NCBI GenBank assembly: GCA_017561145.1
Contig: JAFZDO010000025.1
Location: 17,776 to 81,775 of the forward strand
Length of the DNA: 64,000 nucleotides
Direction of reading: 5' to 3'
Source of the DNA: Clostridia bacterium
Lineage (GTDB): Bacteria; Bacillota; Clostridia; Oscillospirales; CAG-382
Under the pieces are notes generated by a model that was not told the origin of the DNA, searched no databases, and was given only the letters and a program-made list of their open reading frames with translations. Both the position numbers and the translations under genes were made by a program. Every line of letters starts with the position of its first letter. Position 1 is the stretch's first letter. Positions 46,874 to 57,231 of this stretch are shown here, piece by piece.

Positions 46874-48235
46874 ATGAAGATGATCATCGTCGGGTGCGGT
46901 AAGATAGGCGCCTCGATAATTTCAAGCCTTGTCGGAGAGGGTAACGACGTTGTTGCGGTCGATTCCTCGCCCTCGGTTATTGAAGAAATAGGCAACGTTT
47001 ATGACGTTATGTGTGTTTGCGGCAACGGTGCCGACACCGAAACGCTTGAAGAAGCAGGCGTTTCAAAGGCAGACCTTTTCGTTGCCGTGACCAATTCCGA
47101 CGAGCTTAATATGCTCGCCTGCTTTGTTGCGGAGCGTATGGGCGCAAAGCATACGATTGCGCGTATCCGCAACCCTGAATATAACGATAAAAGCCTTGAC
47201 TTTTTAAGCAAACAGTTAGGTCTTACCGTTTCCGTCAATCCCGAATGGATGGCGGCAAAGGAGCTTTTCAACGTATTAAAGCTTCCTGCGGCGGTCAATA
47301 TCGAAAGCTTTTCGGGCGGAAATCTGGAAATGGTCGAGCTTCGTTTGAAGCAGGAGTCGATCCTCGACGGACTTTCGCTTATCGAGCTGCGCCGTAAATA
47401 CAAGGCACAATACCTTATCTGCGCGGTACAGCGCGGCGAGGAGGTTTATATCCCCGACGGTAATTTCGTGCTTAAAAGCGGCGATAAGATAGGTATAACC
47501 GCTTCGGGCTCGGAAATACAGAAGCTGTTTAAAATGCTCGGCTTGGATCAGAAATCCGCAAAAAGCGTTATGATCCTCGGTGCAAGCCGTACAGCGTATT
47601 ATCTTGCGAAGCGCCTTTTGAACAGCGGCAACCGAGTTGTTGTTATCGACAAGGACGAGCGCATCTGCCGCGCATTTGCCGAGGAGCTTCCCGATGCAGT
47701 GGTTATTTGCGGCGACGGCACCCAACAGGAGCTTTTGCTCGAGGAGGGCTTGGGCTCGGTCGATGCATTTGTTGCTCTTACGGGCTTGGATGAGCTGAAT
47801 ATACTCATTTCCATCTTCGCCATGTCGCAAAACGTCCCAAAGGTTATTTCAAAGGTAAACCGCAACGAGCTTGCGATAATAGCAGACAAGCTTGGGCTCG
47901 AATGTATCGTTTCGCCCAAGAAGACGGTTTCCGACATTCTTGCACGCTATGCAAGAGCAATCAATAATTCCCAAGGAATAAACAGCATCGAAACGCTTTA
48001 CCGACTTATGGACGGAAGCGTTGAGGCGCTTGAATTCAACGTAAGTAAGGACTTTAAAGGTCTTAAAACACCGCTTAAGGATATGCAATTGAAACGCAAT
48101 ATGCTTATTGCCGGCATCGTACGCGGCAGAAAAGCGATCATTCCCGGCGGTATGGACGAGATTCTTGCGGGCGACCGCGTGATCGTTATCGTTTCGGGCA
48201 ATCAGGTGATCGATCTTGACGATATTCTTGAATAA
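46874..48235 (+). CDS. trkA: Trk potassium uptake NAD-binding subunit
   Basis: Two RCK units (GCGKIG; GASRTA), AVT.SDE.N, ARIRNPEY. Confidence 0.95.
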   Translation: MKMIIVGCGKIGASIISSLVGEGNDVVAVDSSPSVIEEIGNVYDVMCVCGNGADTETLEEAGVSKADLFVAVTNSDELNMLACFVAERMGAKHTIARIRNPEYNDKSLDFLSKQLGLTVSVNPEWMAAKELFNVLKLPAAVNIESFSGGNLEMVELRLKQESILDGLSLIELRRKYKAQYLICAVQRGEEVYIPDGNFVLKSGDKIGITASGSEIQKLFKMLGLDQKSAKSVMILGASRTAYYLAKRLLNSGNRVVVIDKDERICRAFAEELPDAVVICGDGTQQELLLEEGLGSVDAFVALTGLDELNILISIFAMSQNVPKVISKVNRNELAIIADKLGLECIVSPKKTVSDILARYARAINNSQGINSIETLYRLMDGSVEALEFNVSKDFKGLKTPLKDMQLKRNMLIAGIVRGRKAIIPGGMDEILAGDRVIVIVSGNQVIDLDDILE

Positions 48236-48249
48236 AAGGCGGAACAGCT

Positions 48250-49698
48250 ATGAACCGTAAAATGGTATTTTATATGTTCGGCCGTATTGGGCAGATAGCG
48301 GCGCTTTTGTTGCTGTTGCCTGCCGTGGTGGCGATCATCTACGGCGAATATAAGCAATTGTGGGCGTTTTTAATAACCGCCGCAGGCGCTGTTGCCGCAG
48401 GAACGGCAATTTCGCTCTTGTGCCGAACGAAAAACAAGGTAATATATGCCAAGGAGGGCTTTGCGATAGTAAGCCTTGCGTGGATCTGTATGTCGGTTGT
48501 CGGTGCCATGCCGTTTACGTTAAGCGGCGAGATCCCGTCGTATATCGATGCGATATTCGAAACGGTCAGCGGTTTTACCACGACGGGTGCTTCGATACTG
48601 CGCGACGTCGAGGCGCTGAGCTACAGCATGCTCTTCTGGCGAAGCTTCACCCACTGGGTGGGCGGTATGGGCGTTTTGGTGTTCGTTATGGCGATCGTTT
48701 CGAATATGACCGACCGTTCGATCCACCTTATGCGCGCAGAAATGCCGGGCCCGACAGTCGGCAAGCTTGTGCCCCGCGGACGCGACACGGCGAAAATTTT
48801 GTATCTTATCTATATCGTAATGACCGTTGTGCAGATAATAATGCTTTGGGTGGGCGACATGAACCTTTACGAAAGCATTGTGCACACCTTCGGTACCGCA
48901 GGCACGGGCGGTTTCGGTATCAAAGCAGACAGTATCGGAGGCTACAGCAGCTATTCTCAAATGGTGATTGCCGTGTTTATGCTGTTGTTCGGCGTTAACT
49001 TCAACCTGTTCTATCTCGTTATCATCGGCAGATTCAAAAGCGTTTTGAAAAGCACCGAGCTTTGGACGTATTTGGGAATAGTGGCCGTTGCCGTTGTGTC
49101 CATAACAGTTAACATTCTGCCGCTGTGTGGCGGTGTCGGCGATGCGTTCAGGCAAGCGTTCTTCCAAACGTCGTCGATAATGACCACAACAGGCTATTCA
49201 ACCGTTAATTTCGACCTGTGGCCTTCTTTTTCAAAAGGCATTCTGATGCTTTTGATGTGCTTCGGTGCGTGTGCGGGCTCGACGGCGGGCGGTTTGAAGA
49301 TATCGCGTGTTGTAATTCTGTTCAAGCTGTTTCTGGGCGAGATAAGACGTATGCTACATCCGCGCTCGGTATCCTCGGTGAAATTCGAGGGCAAGGCGGT
49401 CGACAAGCAAACGCTTGACAGCGTTGCCGTTTATTTTGCTGTGTACGTATTTTGTATTATCGCCGCATTTCTTGCGATAAGCTTCGAGCCCTTTGGCTTT
49501 GAAACTAATTTCTCGGCGGTGCTTGCAACCTTTAACAACATCGGCCCCGGCTTCGGAGCAGTGGGACCTTTCGGCGGATTTGCCGATTACAGCGGATTTT
49601 CAAAGATAATCTTCTCATTCGCGATGCTTTTGGGCAGACTCGAGATATTCCCGCTTATAATTGCCCTTTCCCCCTCCACGTGGAGAAAAAACAGATAA
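48250..49698 (+). CDS. trkH: Trk potassium uptake membrane subunit
   Basis: FETVSGFTTTG, GTGGF, TTTGY, GSTAGG.K, NNIGPG, GRLE. Confidence 0.95.
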   Translation: MNRKMVFYMFGRIGQIAALLLLLPAVVAIIYGEYKQLWAFLITAAGAVAAGTAISLLCRTKNKVIYAKEGFAIVSLAWICMSVVGAMPFTLSGEIPSYIDAIFETVSGFTTTGASILRDVEALSYSMLFWRSFTHWVGGMGVLVFVMAIVSNMTDRSIHLMRAEMPGPTVGKLVPRGRDTAKILYLIYIVMTVVQIIMLWVGDMNLYESIVHTFGTAGTGGFGIKADSIGGYSSYSQMVIAVFMLLFGVNFNLFYLVIIGRFKSVLKSTELWTYLGIVAVAVVSITVNILPLCGGVGDAFRQAFFQTSSIMTTTGYSTVNFDLWPSFSKGILMLLMCFGACAGSTAGGLKISRVVILFKLFLGEIRRMLHPRSVSSVKFEGKAVDKQTLDSVAVYFAVYVFCIIAAFLAISFEPFGFETNFSAVLATFNNIGPGFGAVGPFGGFADYSGFSKIIFSFAMLLGRLEIFPLIIALSPSTWRKNR

Positions 49699-49704
49699 TA
49701 AAGC

Positions 49705-49736
49705 AAAAAAAGAAGTCCCGAATCGGGACTTCTTTT
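49705..49736. terminator. Bidirectional terminator
   Basis: AAAAGAAGTCCCGA-A-TCGGGACTTCTTTT. Confidence 0.85.
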
Positions 49737-49749
49737 ATATTGCAATTAA

Positions 49750-51273
49750 TTACGAATAGCTTTCAACGCAGGAGTCGATTGCATCGAGAATAGCGTCCTG
49801 CTTAGCTTCGAAGGTGGAAACAACGTCGGTGCTGTTTGTCTTCATCATATCGGTGATCATACTGCTTACGCCGCCGAAGTCGTAGATGATACCGAGGTCG
49901 TAAACAACGTTGCTGAATACGAGGTCGAGCATTTCGCCGGATTCGTCATCGCGGAGGTCGCGGTACTTAAGAGTGGTTTCGTAGTAAGCGGGGGTGATGT
50001 ACTTTCTTCCGCCGTATGCCATAGCTTCGAGCATGAATGCAGAGAAGTTAGCCTTGTCGCCCTGGAGCGAGGTGGGGATAACTGCCGCGTATGCCATTCT
50101 TGCAGAGCAGTAGGTGTAGTACTGATCCTGTTCTTCGTTGACCATGGGGAAGGGGATGATACCGAATTCCTGAGCATCGTCATAAGCGCGGAGCTTCTTG
50201 ATAGCGGAGAATGCGCTGGTTCTGAAGAGAGCGCGGTTCTGACCGAATACGTCAAGAGAAACAACCCAGATGTTAGAACCGTCGGTAACGGTGTTGCAGT
50301 GGAAGCACCAGTCATCGGGAAGCTGAAGAGCTTCGAGGATCTTCTGGAGAGTGGTAACGGAAGCGGTGTCGTTCATCGAGATAACGGGAATGTCGTCTGC
50401 ATTCTTGGTGATGTAGTTCTTACCCGCGCCGATGAAGAAGCCTGCAACGTCGCCGTAGGAAGCGGAGAGGCCCCAGTTGTCGTGATAGGTCATGCCGGTG
50501 GTGCCGTCGGTTTCGGAGGTAACGGTACGGCTCATTTCGATCATCTTATCGAAGGTCCATTCCTTGTCCTTAACCATCTGATAAAGATCGGTTTCGGGGA
50601 AGTTCTTCTTAAGGATTTCCTTGTTGAAGGTGATAGCGGTGGAAACGATCTTGGGCATGATCGAGATGTCGCCGGTGTTGAAGTAAAGCTTGCCGCCGAT
50701 AGAAAGCGACTTGGTAGCGGACTGATCCCACCAGGGCTGATCGAAGTGGAGATAATCCGAAAATTCGTTAAGATCCCAGAGGTATCCTTCCTGTGCGAGA
50801 GAAGCTGCAGCGGGCATAAACATAAGCGCTGCATCGTACTGCATAAGGTTGGAGGTGATGTCTTCTTTAAGGTCTGCGCGAACGTCCTTAACGGGGTGAG
50901 CGTTAATGGTAACGCCGTACTTGGTAAGGATCTCGTCGTTACGCTTAGCAACTGCTTCGCTCAAGGAAGCGTCGGTGGTGGAGTAAGCGTTGGGAACAAC
51001 GTCTTCGCAGTAATAGGTAGCGTCGCCTTCCTGAGAAACAACGAGAACGTTGAATTCTTCGTATTCCGAGCCGGACCAAGAAAATTCAGGCATAAGCTCG
51101 TCGAAGTCTACAGCGGTGTCGCTTGCTTCTTTGCTTTCGTCGGTGGTACCTGCGTTGCTCTGATCTGCCAGGCTGTTTTCGGTAGTGGTTACGTCACTAC
51201 AGGAAGCCAAAAGCAAGGAGGTAGCAACAAAAAGCATGCAAAGCAAAACGGAAATAAGTCTTTTTGCGTTCAT
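49750..51273 (-). CDS. Extracellular solute-binding lipoprotein (sugar-ABC SBP-like)
   Basis: Lipobox LASC, QPWWDQ, GKLYF.TGDI, WTFDKM, FGIIPFP, YYETTLK, RDDES.EMLD; start moved to 51273 (AAGGAG RBS). Confidence 0.8.
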   Translation of the reverse strand: MNAKRLISVLLCMLFVATSLLLASCSDVTTTENSLADQSNAGTTDESKEASDTAVDFDELMPEFSWSGSEYEEFNVLVVSQEGDATYYCEDVVPNAYSTTDASLSEAVAKRNDEILTKYGVTINAHPVKDVRADLKEDITSNLMQYDAALMFMPAAASLAQEGYLWDLNEFSDYLHFDQPWWDQSATKSLSIGGKLYFNTGDISIMPKIVSTAITFNKEILKKNFPETDLYQMVKDKEWTFDKMIEMSRTVTSETDGTTGMTYHDNWGLSASYGDVAGFFIGAGKNYITKNADDIPVISMNDTASVTTLQKILEALQLPDDWCFHCNTVTDGSNIWVVSLDVFGQNRALFRTSAFSAIKKLRAYDDAQEFGIIPFPMVNEEQDQYYTYCSARMAYAAVIPTSLQGDKANFSAFMLEAMAYGGRKYITPAYYETTLKYRDLRDDESGEMLDLVFSNVVYDLGIIYDFGGVSSMITDMMKTNSTDVVSTFEAKQDAILDAIDSCVESYS

Positions 51274-51313
51274 GGTACTGTTCTCCTTAAAAATATTTAA
51301 ATTTAGCTGATTT

Positions 51314-51364
51314 ATTTTATCATAAGAAAAACCGATTGTCAAGTAGCTCTTGCTTGACAATCGG
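51314..51364 (-). promoter_or_regulatory. SBP promoter whose -35 lies inside the upstream gene's terminator hairpin
   Basis: - strand TTGACA(51342)-17-TAAAAT; inverted repeat CCGATTGTCAAG / CTTGACAATCGG. Confidence 0.6.
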
Positions 51365-51370
51365 CTGTTT

Positions 51371-53143
51371 TCATTTTCTCGTATAGGGGAAGGTCGGCTT
51401 TTCTCCGCTCTGATAAAGCGAGATCACTTCGTCCATCTGCTTTTCGGTTTCGGTGGTGAAAAGCAGGGTCATCAAGCCGACTCCCGCCTTCTTCAGCTCG
51501 CTTTTGCGGTCTAATCTGTATCCCGGAAGCGAATTGTAGATAACGTTTGTGTGGCTCGGACCGCTTATTATCGGGAATTTTGCGCCCGTGCGATCGGTAA
51601 GAAACGAAAAGCATTCGCTTTTGTTCTTACAGCCCTCGATATTTTGGATAATGCAGGTGCGCGTATACATCAGCGGTGTTCTTCCGTAGCCGATGTATTC
51701 AAGCGCGCAACGACTGAAGCGCACAAATTTTCCGTCGGTTTCGGGGGAGAGCATTACCGAAGAAAGCGAAAGTCTGTCGAACAGATCAAGCGATTCGCGG
51801 TTGACTACGTTCAAGGCGTAATCGCCGTGTAAAAGCATACCCTTGCACAGCTCAAAATGACATAACGATGAAACCGTCGCTCGGTTTATTCCGAATGCTT
51901 TTGCCTCCTCAAGCTGTTTTTTTACCGTTTCCTGCTCGGCAACGAAAACGCTTCTCGGCATTATTGCGGATATCTTATCGCAATAAGGAGCAAAACGGGG
52001 GTCGGTGCATTTGCGAAGCGGAACGTCTATTCTTGCGGCATTGGGCGCGTGCTTTTTTAAAAATTCGGCAGACGGCAATCTGCCCTCAAAGCGTAAAACA
52101 AAGCCCTTTTGCTTGCTTGGATGCAAGACCTTCGATTCATCCCGCTCGGGGATGATGCATTCGGCAGGCGGCACCGCCCTTTCGCGGGGCGGACGCTTTG
52201 CCGACTTTTTAAACGGCGGAAGGCAAAGCGATCTTTGCTTGTCCTCCTCACGGCGTATGCCGAACATCGTTTTATTTATTTTGGAGGTGAAATAACCGTC
52301 GGTAAATCCCGAGCGCGAGAAAAGCGACGTCAAATATTTGATCTCCTCGGCGGTTGCGTTGCGGTTTTCGTCCAAAAGACGGCGGTAAACCGATGTAACG
52401 CCGCCGACGTAATCGGGGCTTTTCATTCTGCCTTCTATCTTGAGGCTTGTAACGCCGATCTCGCAAAGCTCCTTGATATGCGATGCAAGACACATATCCT
52501 TAAGCGAAAGGGGATATTTATTTTCGCCCTTGCAGGGAAGACGGCAGGGCTGTGCGCATTCGCCGCGGTTGCCGCTTCGGTTACCGATGACCGAGCTCAT
52601 AAGGCATCCACCGCTTTCGCTGACACAGATCGCGCCGTGAATGAAGATTTCGGTTTCAAGTCCGGTGTCGGCAAAGCGCTTGATGTCCTCTTTAGGCAAT
52701 TCACGCGCAACCACCGCGCGTGTAAAGCCCAAGCCTTTAAGAAAATCGGCTTCGAGATGCGAATGTATTCTCATCTGGGTGCTCGCGTGCAATGCAAGCG
52801 ACGGGAATTCTTTTCTGAGAGCGCGGGCAACGCCTAAGTCCTGAACGATAAGGCCGTCGGGGTGAACCTCGTTTTCAAGGAAGGAAACGTAATCAAGTAC
52901 GCTTTTGAATTCCTTGTCATATATTAACGTATTGAGGGTGATATGCAACGCCACGTTCGAATCGCGGCAAAGCTCGCCTGCGCGTATCAATGCCTGACGG
53001 TCGAAGTTGGATGCGTTTATGCGTGCGTTGAACATTTCGCCGCCCAAATATACCTCGTCGGCGCCTGCATCGATCGCCGCCCTGAGCGCGGCAAAGCTGC
53101 CGGCAGGGGACAACAGCAACGGCTTTTTAGACATATCCTTCAC
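51371..53143 (-). CDS. U32 family protein (RlhA-like RNA hydroxylation factor)
   Basis: SPAGS, GADEVYLG, HASTQM, HGAIC...C..S...RSGNRG.C.QPCR, KIEGRMK. Confidence 0.88.
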   Translation of the reverse strand: MKDMSKKPLLLSPAGSFAALRAAIDAGADEVYLGGEMFNARINASNFDRQALIRAGELCRDSNVALHITLNTLIYDKEFKSVLDYVSFLENEVHPDGLIVQDLGVARALRKEFPSLALHASTQMRIHSHLEADFLKGLGFTRAVVARELPKEDIKRFADTGLETEIFIHGAICVSESGGCLMSSVIGNRSGNRGECAQPCRLPCKGENKYPLSLKDMCLASHIKELCEIGVTSLKIEGRMKSPDYVGGVTSVYRRLLDENRNATAEEIKYLTSLFSRSGFTDGYFTSKINKTMFGIRREEDKQRSLCLPPFKKSAKRPPRERAVPPAECIIPERDESKVLHPSKQKGFVLRFEGRLPSAEFLKKHAPNAARIDVPLRKCTDPRFAPYCDKISAIMPRSVFVAEQETVKKQLEEAKAFGINRATVSSLCHFELCKGMLLHGDYALNVVNRESLDLFDRLSLSSVMLSPETDGKFVRFSRCALEYIGYGRTPLMYTRTCIIQNIEGCKNKSECFSFLTDRTGAKFPIISGPSHTNVIYNSLPGYRLDRKSELKKAGVGLMTLLFTTETEKQMDEVISLYQSGEKPTFPYTRK

Positions 53144-53164
53144 CTCTCGATCATTTTACGGTAT

Positions 53165-53193
53165 ATTATAACCCGTAAGAGTCAATATGTCAA
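53165..53193 (-). promoter_or_regulatory. Consensus sigma-A promoter of the U32 gene
   Basis: TTGACA-17nt-TATAAT on the - strand. Confidence 0.75.
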
Positions 53194-53319
53194 ACTATTA
53201 ATATAAATTAATATAATTTCTACATATTGCGGTATTATTCCGCAAAGGGTCCTATAAATTGCTATTGAAAAGCGGATCAAAATATGATAGAATCAATTGA
53301 CTATGACTTTGGAGGCAAA

Positions 53320-53904
53320 ATGATGATAGCCAACCCTACTTTTTTTGAAAACGAAGGCGGAAGACAGAACGGTTACGACCTCTTTTCGCGCCTTTTGAAG
53401 GATAGAATAATTCTGCTTTTTAACGAGGTTAACGACGATCTTGCTTGCAGTATCGTTGCACAGCTTCTCTTTCTCGAGGCACAGGACCCCGAAAAGGACA
53501 TCACCCTTTATATCAACTCTCCCGGCGGAAGCGTTTCGGCAGGCTTTGCCATTTACGATACGATGAGAAGCATCAAGTGCGACGTTTCGACCGTTTGCGT
53601 CGGCTCGGCATGCAGCATGGGTGCTTTCCTTCTCGCCGCAGGTACGAAGGGCAAGCGTTATGCGCTTGAAAACAGCGAAATAATGCTCCATCAGGTCATC
53701 GGCTCTGCAGGCGGTCAGGCTTCTGACGTTATCATTGCGGCTAACTTTGCAAACCGTACCAAGGAGAGGATAAACCGTATCCTTTCCGAAAATATCGGCA
53801 GACCTTACGAAGAGATCGTGCGCGACACCGAGCGCGACAATTGGATGTTCGCCGAGGACGCGCTTGCATACGGCGTTATTGACGAGATAGTCAAGAAAAA
53901 ATAA
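53320..53904 (+). CDS. clpP: ATP-dependent Clp protease proteolytic subunit
   Basis: YDLFSRLLKDRII, YINSPGGSV, SMGAFLL, MLHQ, ERDNW; start after GGAGG. Confidence 0.95.
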   Translation: MMIANPTFFENEGGRQNGYDLFSRLLKDRIILLFNEVNDDLACSIVAQLLFLEAQDPEKDITLYINSPGGSVSAGFAIYDTMRSIKCDVSTVCVGSACSMGAFLLAAGTKGKRYALENSEIMLHQVIGSAGGQASDVIIAANFANRTKERINRILSENIGRPYEEIVRDTERDNWMFAEDALAYGVIDEIVKKK

Positions 53905-53931
53905 AACTTTTCACATTGATAGGTTATTGAT

Positions 53932-54867
53932 ATGTTTGCCATAACCGCATTAAAGGTGCTCATGATGATCGCTTACGGCGTTCCGGGGTATCTGCTTGTA
54001 AAACTCAAGGTGCTTGGCGAGGATTCGATAAAGGCGTTTGCAAAATTTCTGCTTTACGTCTGCCAGCCCGCTCTTTCGCTTTATACACTCACGTCGGTCG
54101 ACAGTACGCCGATACTTATCCGCGACCTTTGGATATTCTTTTTCGTTACCCTTTTGGCACAGATAGCGGTCATCGGGCTTTATTCGCTCTTCTTCCGCAA
54201 AAAGATGCACAAGGACCTCGGTCACCGCGTTTGCTCGGTCGCGGGTATTTGCGGTAACGTCGGATTTTTCGGTGTGCCTTTGCTTGAGTATCTTATTCCC
54301 GGTATGCCCGAGGTTCGCGTTTATTCCGCCGCGTTTTCGATCTCGATGAACGTTATCGGCTGGACGCTCGGACTTCTGATGATGACGGGTGACAAAAAAT
54401 ATATCAAACTCAAGGCGGTATTTTTGAATCCGTCGGTAATAACCTTTGCGGTTTCCTTTACCTTGTTTGCCTGCGGAGTAAAATTTCCCGAAACGATCGC
54501 GGATTTTATCGAAACGCTGGGAAGAATGTCGACGGTCGTTTGCATGACTGTGCTCGGAATGCGCCTTGCGACAAAGAGCCTTATAAGGATCTTCACAAAT
54601 TACCGCATATACATAGCAGCGGCAATAAAATTAATAATCAGCCCGATAATCATCGGACTTATGTTTTCTGTTCTTCCGGTCGGCAACGAGGTCAAAACCG
54701 CGGCGTTTGTTCTGGCTTGCTGTCCGGGTGCTACGATGATCCAAAGCCTTGCCGAAACCTATGGCGGCGATTCACGCACGGCGGCGGATATCGTGCTTTC
54801 CACAAGCCTTATATGTATCCTGACCATACCCCTTATGTGGACAATATATAATGCCATCGTTTTTTAG
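53932..54867 (+). CDS. AEC (auxin efflux carrier) family transporter
   Basis: Multi-TM, GNVGFFGVPL, NP, LGM.L, AIKL...P, ST...ILTIP. Confidence 0.85.
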   Translation: MFAITALKVLMMIAYGVPGYLLVKLKVLGEDSIKAFAKFLLYVCQPALSLYTLTSVDSTPILIRDLWIFFFVTLLAQIAVIGLYSLFFRKKMHKDLGHRVCSVAGICGNVGFFGVPLLEYLIPGMPEVRVYSAAFSISMNVIGWTLGLLMMTGDKKYIKLKAVFLNPSVITFAVSFTLFACGVKFPETIADFIETLGRMSTVVCMTVLGMRLATKSLIRIFTNYRIYIAAAIKLIISPIIIGLMFSVLPVGNEVKTAAFVLACCPGATMIQSLAETYGGDSRTAADIVLSTSLICILTIPLMWTIYNAIVF

Positions 54868-54880
54868 GAGGTAATCGACT

Positions 54881-55942
54881 ATGAAAAAGACAGTTGCAAT
54901 AATTTTCGGCGGTGAAAGCTCGGAATACGAGGTAAGCTGTGTTTCTGCGGCAAACGTAGCCGAAAACGTTGATAAAGATATTTACGACGTTGTTTTGGTA
55001 GGCATAACCAAGGACGGCAAATGGTGGATCTATCGCGGAAGTACCGACGATCTCCGCAACCATATCTGGCAGGAAAAGCGTGCGCTTTTGATCCCTGCCG
55101 TTATTTCGCCCTGCAAGGCGCATCACGGCCTTATCGCGCTTGACGGCGCAAACGGAAGCTTTGAGATCGTAAGGATCGACGTCGCATTCCCCGTGCTCCA
55201 CGGTAAAAACGGCGAGGACGGCACGATGCAGGGACTTTTGGAGCTTGCAGGTATTCCCTACGTCGGCTGTGATACATATTCGTCTGCCGTTTCGATGGAT
55301 AAGGCGGCAACAAAGACGATATGCTCCGCCGCAGGCATTCCCGTCGTTCCCTTCGTTTCGGCAAGCAAGCCCTGCGATATCGATTTGCTCGTTGCTTCGG
55401 TTGAAGAAAAATATGCATATCCCGTTTTCGTCAAGCCCGCAAACGCAGGCAGCTCTGTCGGCATAACCAAGGCAAAGGACAAAACCGAGCTTGTCAACGG
55501 CATTAAGCTCGCTTTTGAGCACGATAAAAAGCTGCTTATCGAGCCGAATACCGTCGGACGCGAGATAGAGGTTGCGGTTTGCGGTAACGAAAAGCCTTTC
55601 GCGTCGGTTTGCGGTGAGGTTATCCCCAACAGCGATTTTTACGATTACGAAACCAAATACGTTAACGATAAATCGGTTTGCCTTGCGCCCGCACCTATGG
55701 ACGAGGCAACCTCCGAAAACATTCGCGCTCTTGCCGTTGAGGTCTATAAGGCGCTCGGATGCAGCGGCCTTTCGCGCGTGGATTTCTTCCTTACCGAAAA
55801 CGGAGCGTTCCTTAACGAGATAAATACGATTCCCGGATTTACCCCCATCAGCATGTATCCGAAAATGATGGCTTGCATCGGAATCGAATACAAAGACCTT
55901 ATCACCAAGCTTCTTTCACTTGCCGAAGGATGCGAGGAATGA
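54881..55942 (+). CDS. ddl: D-alanine--D-alanine ligase
   Basis: FGGESSEYEVS, PVLHGKNGEDG, VKPANAGSSVG, FYDYETKY, NEINTIPGFT. Confidence 0.96.
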   Translation: MKKTVAIIFGGESSEYEVSCVSAANVAENVDKDIYDVVLVGITKDGKWWIYRGSTDDLRNHIWQEKRALLIPAVISPCKAHHGLIALDGANGSFEIVRIDVAFPVLHGKNGEDGTMQGLLELAGIPYVGCDTYSSAVSMDKAATKTICSAAGIPVVPFVSASKPCDIDLLVASVEEKYAYPVFVKPANAGSSVGITKAKDKTELVNGIKLAFEHDKKLLIEPNTVGREIEVAVCGNEKPFASVCGEVIPNSDFYDYETKYVNDKSVCLAPAPMDEATSENIRALAVEVYKALGCSGLSRVDFFLTENGAFLNEINTIPGFTPISMYPKMMACIGIEYKDLITKLLSLAEGCEE

Positions 55943-55946
55943 TATA

Positions 55947-56759
55947 ATGGAAAACAGAAAGCCGATAGGCATTTTCGATTCGGGACTGGGCGGATTAACG
56001 GCGCTTTCCGCATTAAGACGTCTTATGCCCGACGAGGATATTATATATTTCGGCGACAGTGCGCGTATCCCGTACGGCACAAAATCGCCTGCGGTAATAA
56101 AAAAATTCGCACTTCAGGACACCCGTTTTCTTATGTCCCTGGGCGTCAAGGCGATCCTTATTGCCTGCGGTACCGTAAGCTCGAACTGTCTTAGCGACGT
56201 TTCGGCTGTTGCAGGCGTGCCGGTAGTCGGCGTCATCGAAGAAACGGCAAGACAGGCGGCCGAAATTGCAAAAGGAGGCAATAACCGCGTTGCGGTGCTC
56301 GGTACGAGCGCGACGATAAACAGCGGCGCCTTTGAAGCCGAATTGAGAAAGAACGGTGTAGGTGATATTATCAATCAGGCGTGCCCGATGTTCGTGCCGT
56401 TGGTTGAAAATTGGCACCCCACGGCAGACGACTCTGCGACCAACGCCATCGTTTCGGAATATATCGCGCCGATCGCAAAGCAATTGCCCGATGCGGCGAT
56501 TCTCGGCTGCACCCATTATCCGCTTCTTGCAAACGTTATCGCAAAATATCTGCCCGAAACAAGGCTTATCAGCTCGGGCGAGGCGGCGGCGCTTGGAATA
56601 AAGAAGCTTTTGGCAGAAAAAGGTCTGCTTAACGGAGAGGGCGGCAAGACCGAATTTTACACAAGCGGCGGCGAAAAGCTCTTTTCGCAAAATGCTTCGC
56701 GCTTCCTCGGAGAGAATATCGCAGTAAGCGCAATGCATATCGATATTGAAAACTATTAA
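55947..56759 (+). CDS. murI: Glutamate racemase
   Basis: FDSGLGGL, PYG.K, ACGT, LGCTHYP. Confidence 0.96.
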   Translation: MENRKPIGIFDSGLGGLTALSALRRLMPDEDIIYFGDSARIPYGTKSPAVIKKFALQDTRFLMSLGVKAILIACGTVSSNCLSDVSAVAGVPVVGVIEETARQAAEIAKGGNNRVAVLGTSATINSGAFEAELRKNGVGDIINQACPMFVPLVENWHPTADDSATNAIVSEYIAPIAKQLPDAAILGCTHYPLLANVIAKYLPETRLISSGEAAALGIKKLLAEKGLLNGEGGKTEFYTSGGEKLFSQNASRFLGENIAVSAMHIDIENY

Positions 56760-56771
56760 AAAGGAAAAAAC

Positions 56772-57221
56772 ATGAAAATACCCGTAGATATACGTATTTC
56801 GAACGAGCGTATAAACGCCGCATCTATCCTTCGCGGCGAAGAACGCGGCGAGACCGAGGAGTTTTTCGTTTCGGGAACGATGAAAAATACCAGAAGAGGG
56901 CTTTGCATCGAGTATACCGAGCAGGAAAATTCCACAACGACAATAATAAACGTTTTTAAGGACGAAACCGTTTCGCTTAACCGCATCGGCCCGATGAGAA
57001 CGCATCTTGTCTTTAACGACGGCAAGGCTTACGATTGCATTATCGGCGCAGGCGACAGGCAATTTCAGCTTCGCGTCCGCACGAAAAATCTCGAAAACAA
57101 TCTTACAATGGACGGCGGCAGACTTTTTGTCGATTATTCCGTCGAAATCGTCGGTTCGCTCGCAGAGAAAAACAAGCTTACTCTTGCGATAAGCCCCGAC
57201 GTAAGTATTATTAAATCTTAA
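56772..57221 (+). CDS. DUF1934 family protein
   Basis: Beta-rich small protein (YTEQE...LNRIG...LVF...VDYSVE) after murI. Confidence 0.7.
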   Translation: MKIPVDIRISNERINAASILRGEERGETEEFFVSGTMKNTRRGLCIEYTEQENSTTTIINVFKDETVSLNRIGPMRTHLVFNDGKAYDCIIGAGDRQFQLRVRTKNLENNLTMDGGRLFVDYSVEIVGSLAEKNKLTLAISPDVSIIKS

Positions 57222-57231
57222 AAGGTGTAAA

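Noticed and set aside
53180-53310. CtsR box upstream of clpP (AGTCAA..GTCAAA; TTGACTATGACT)
   Set aside because: Half-site spacing does not fit the CtsR direct repeat, and one half is the -35 of the divergent promoter.
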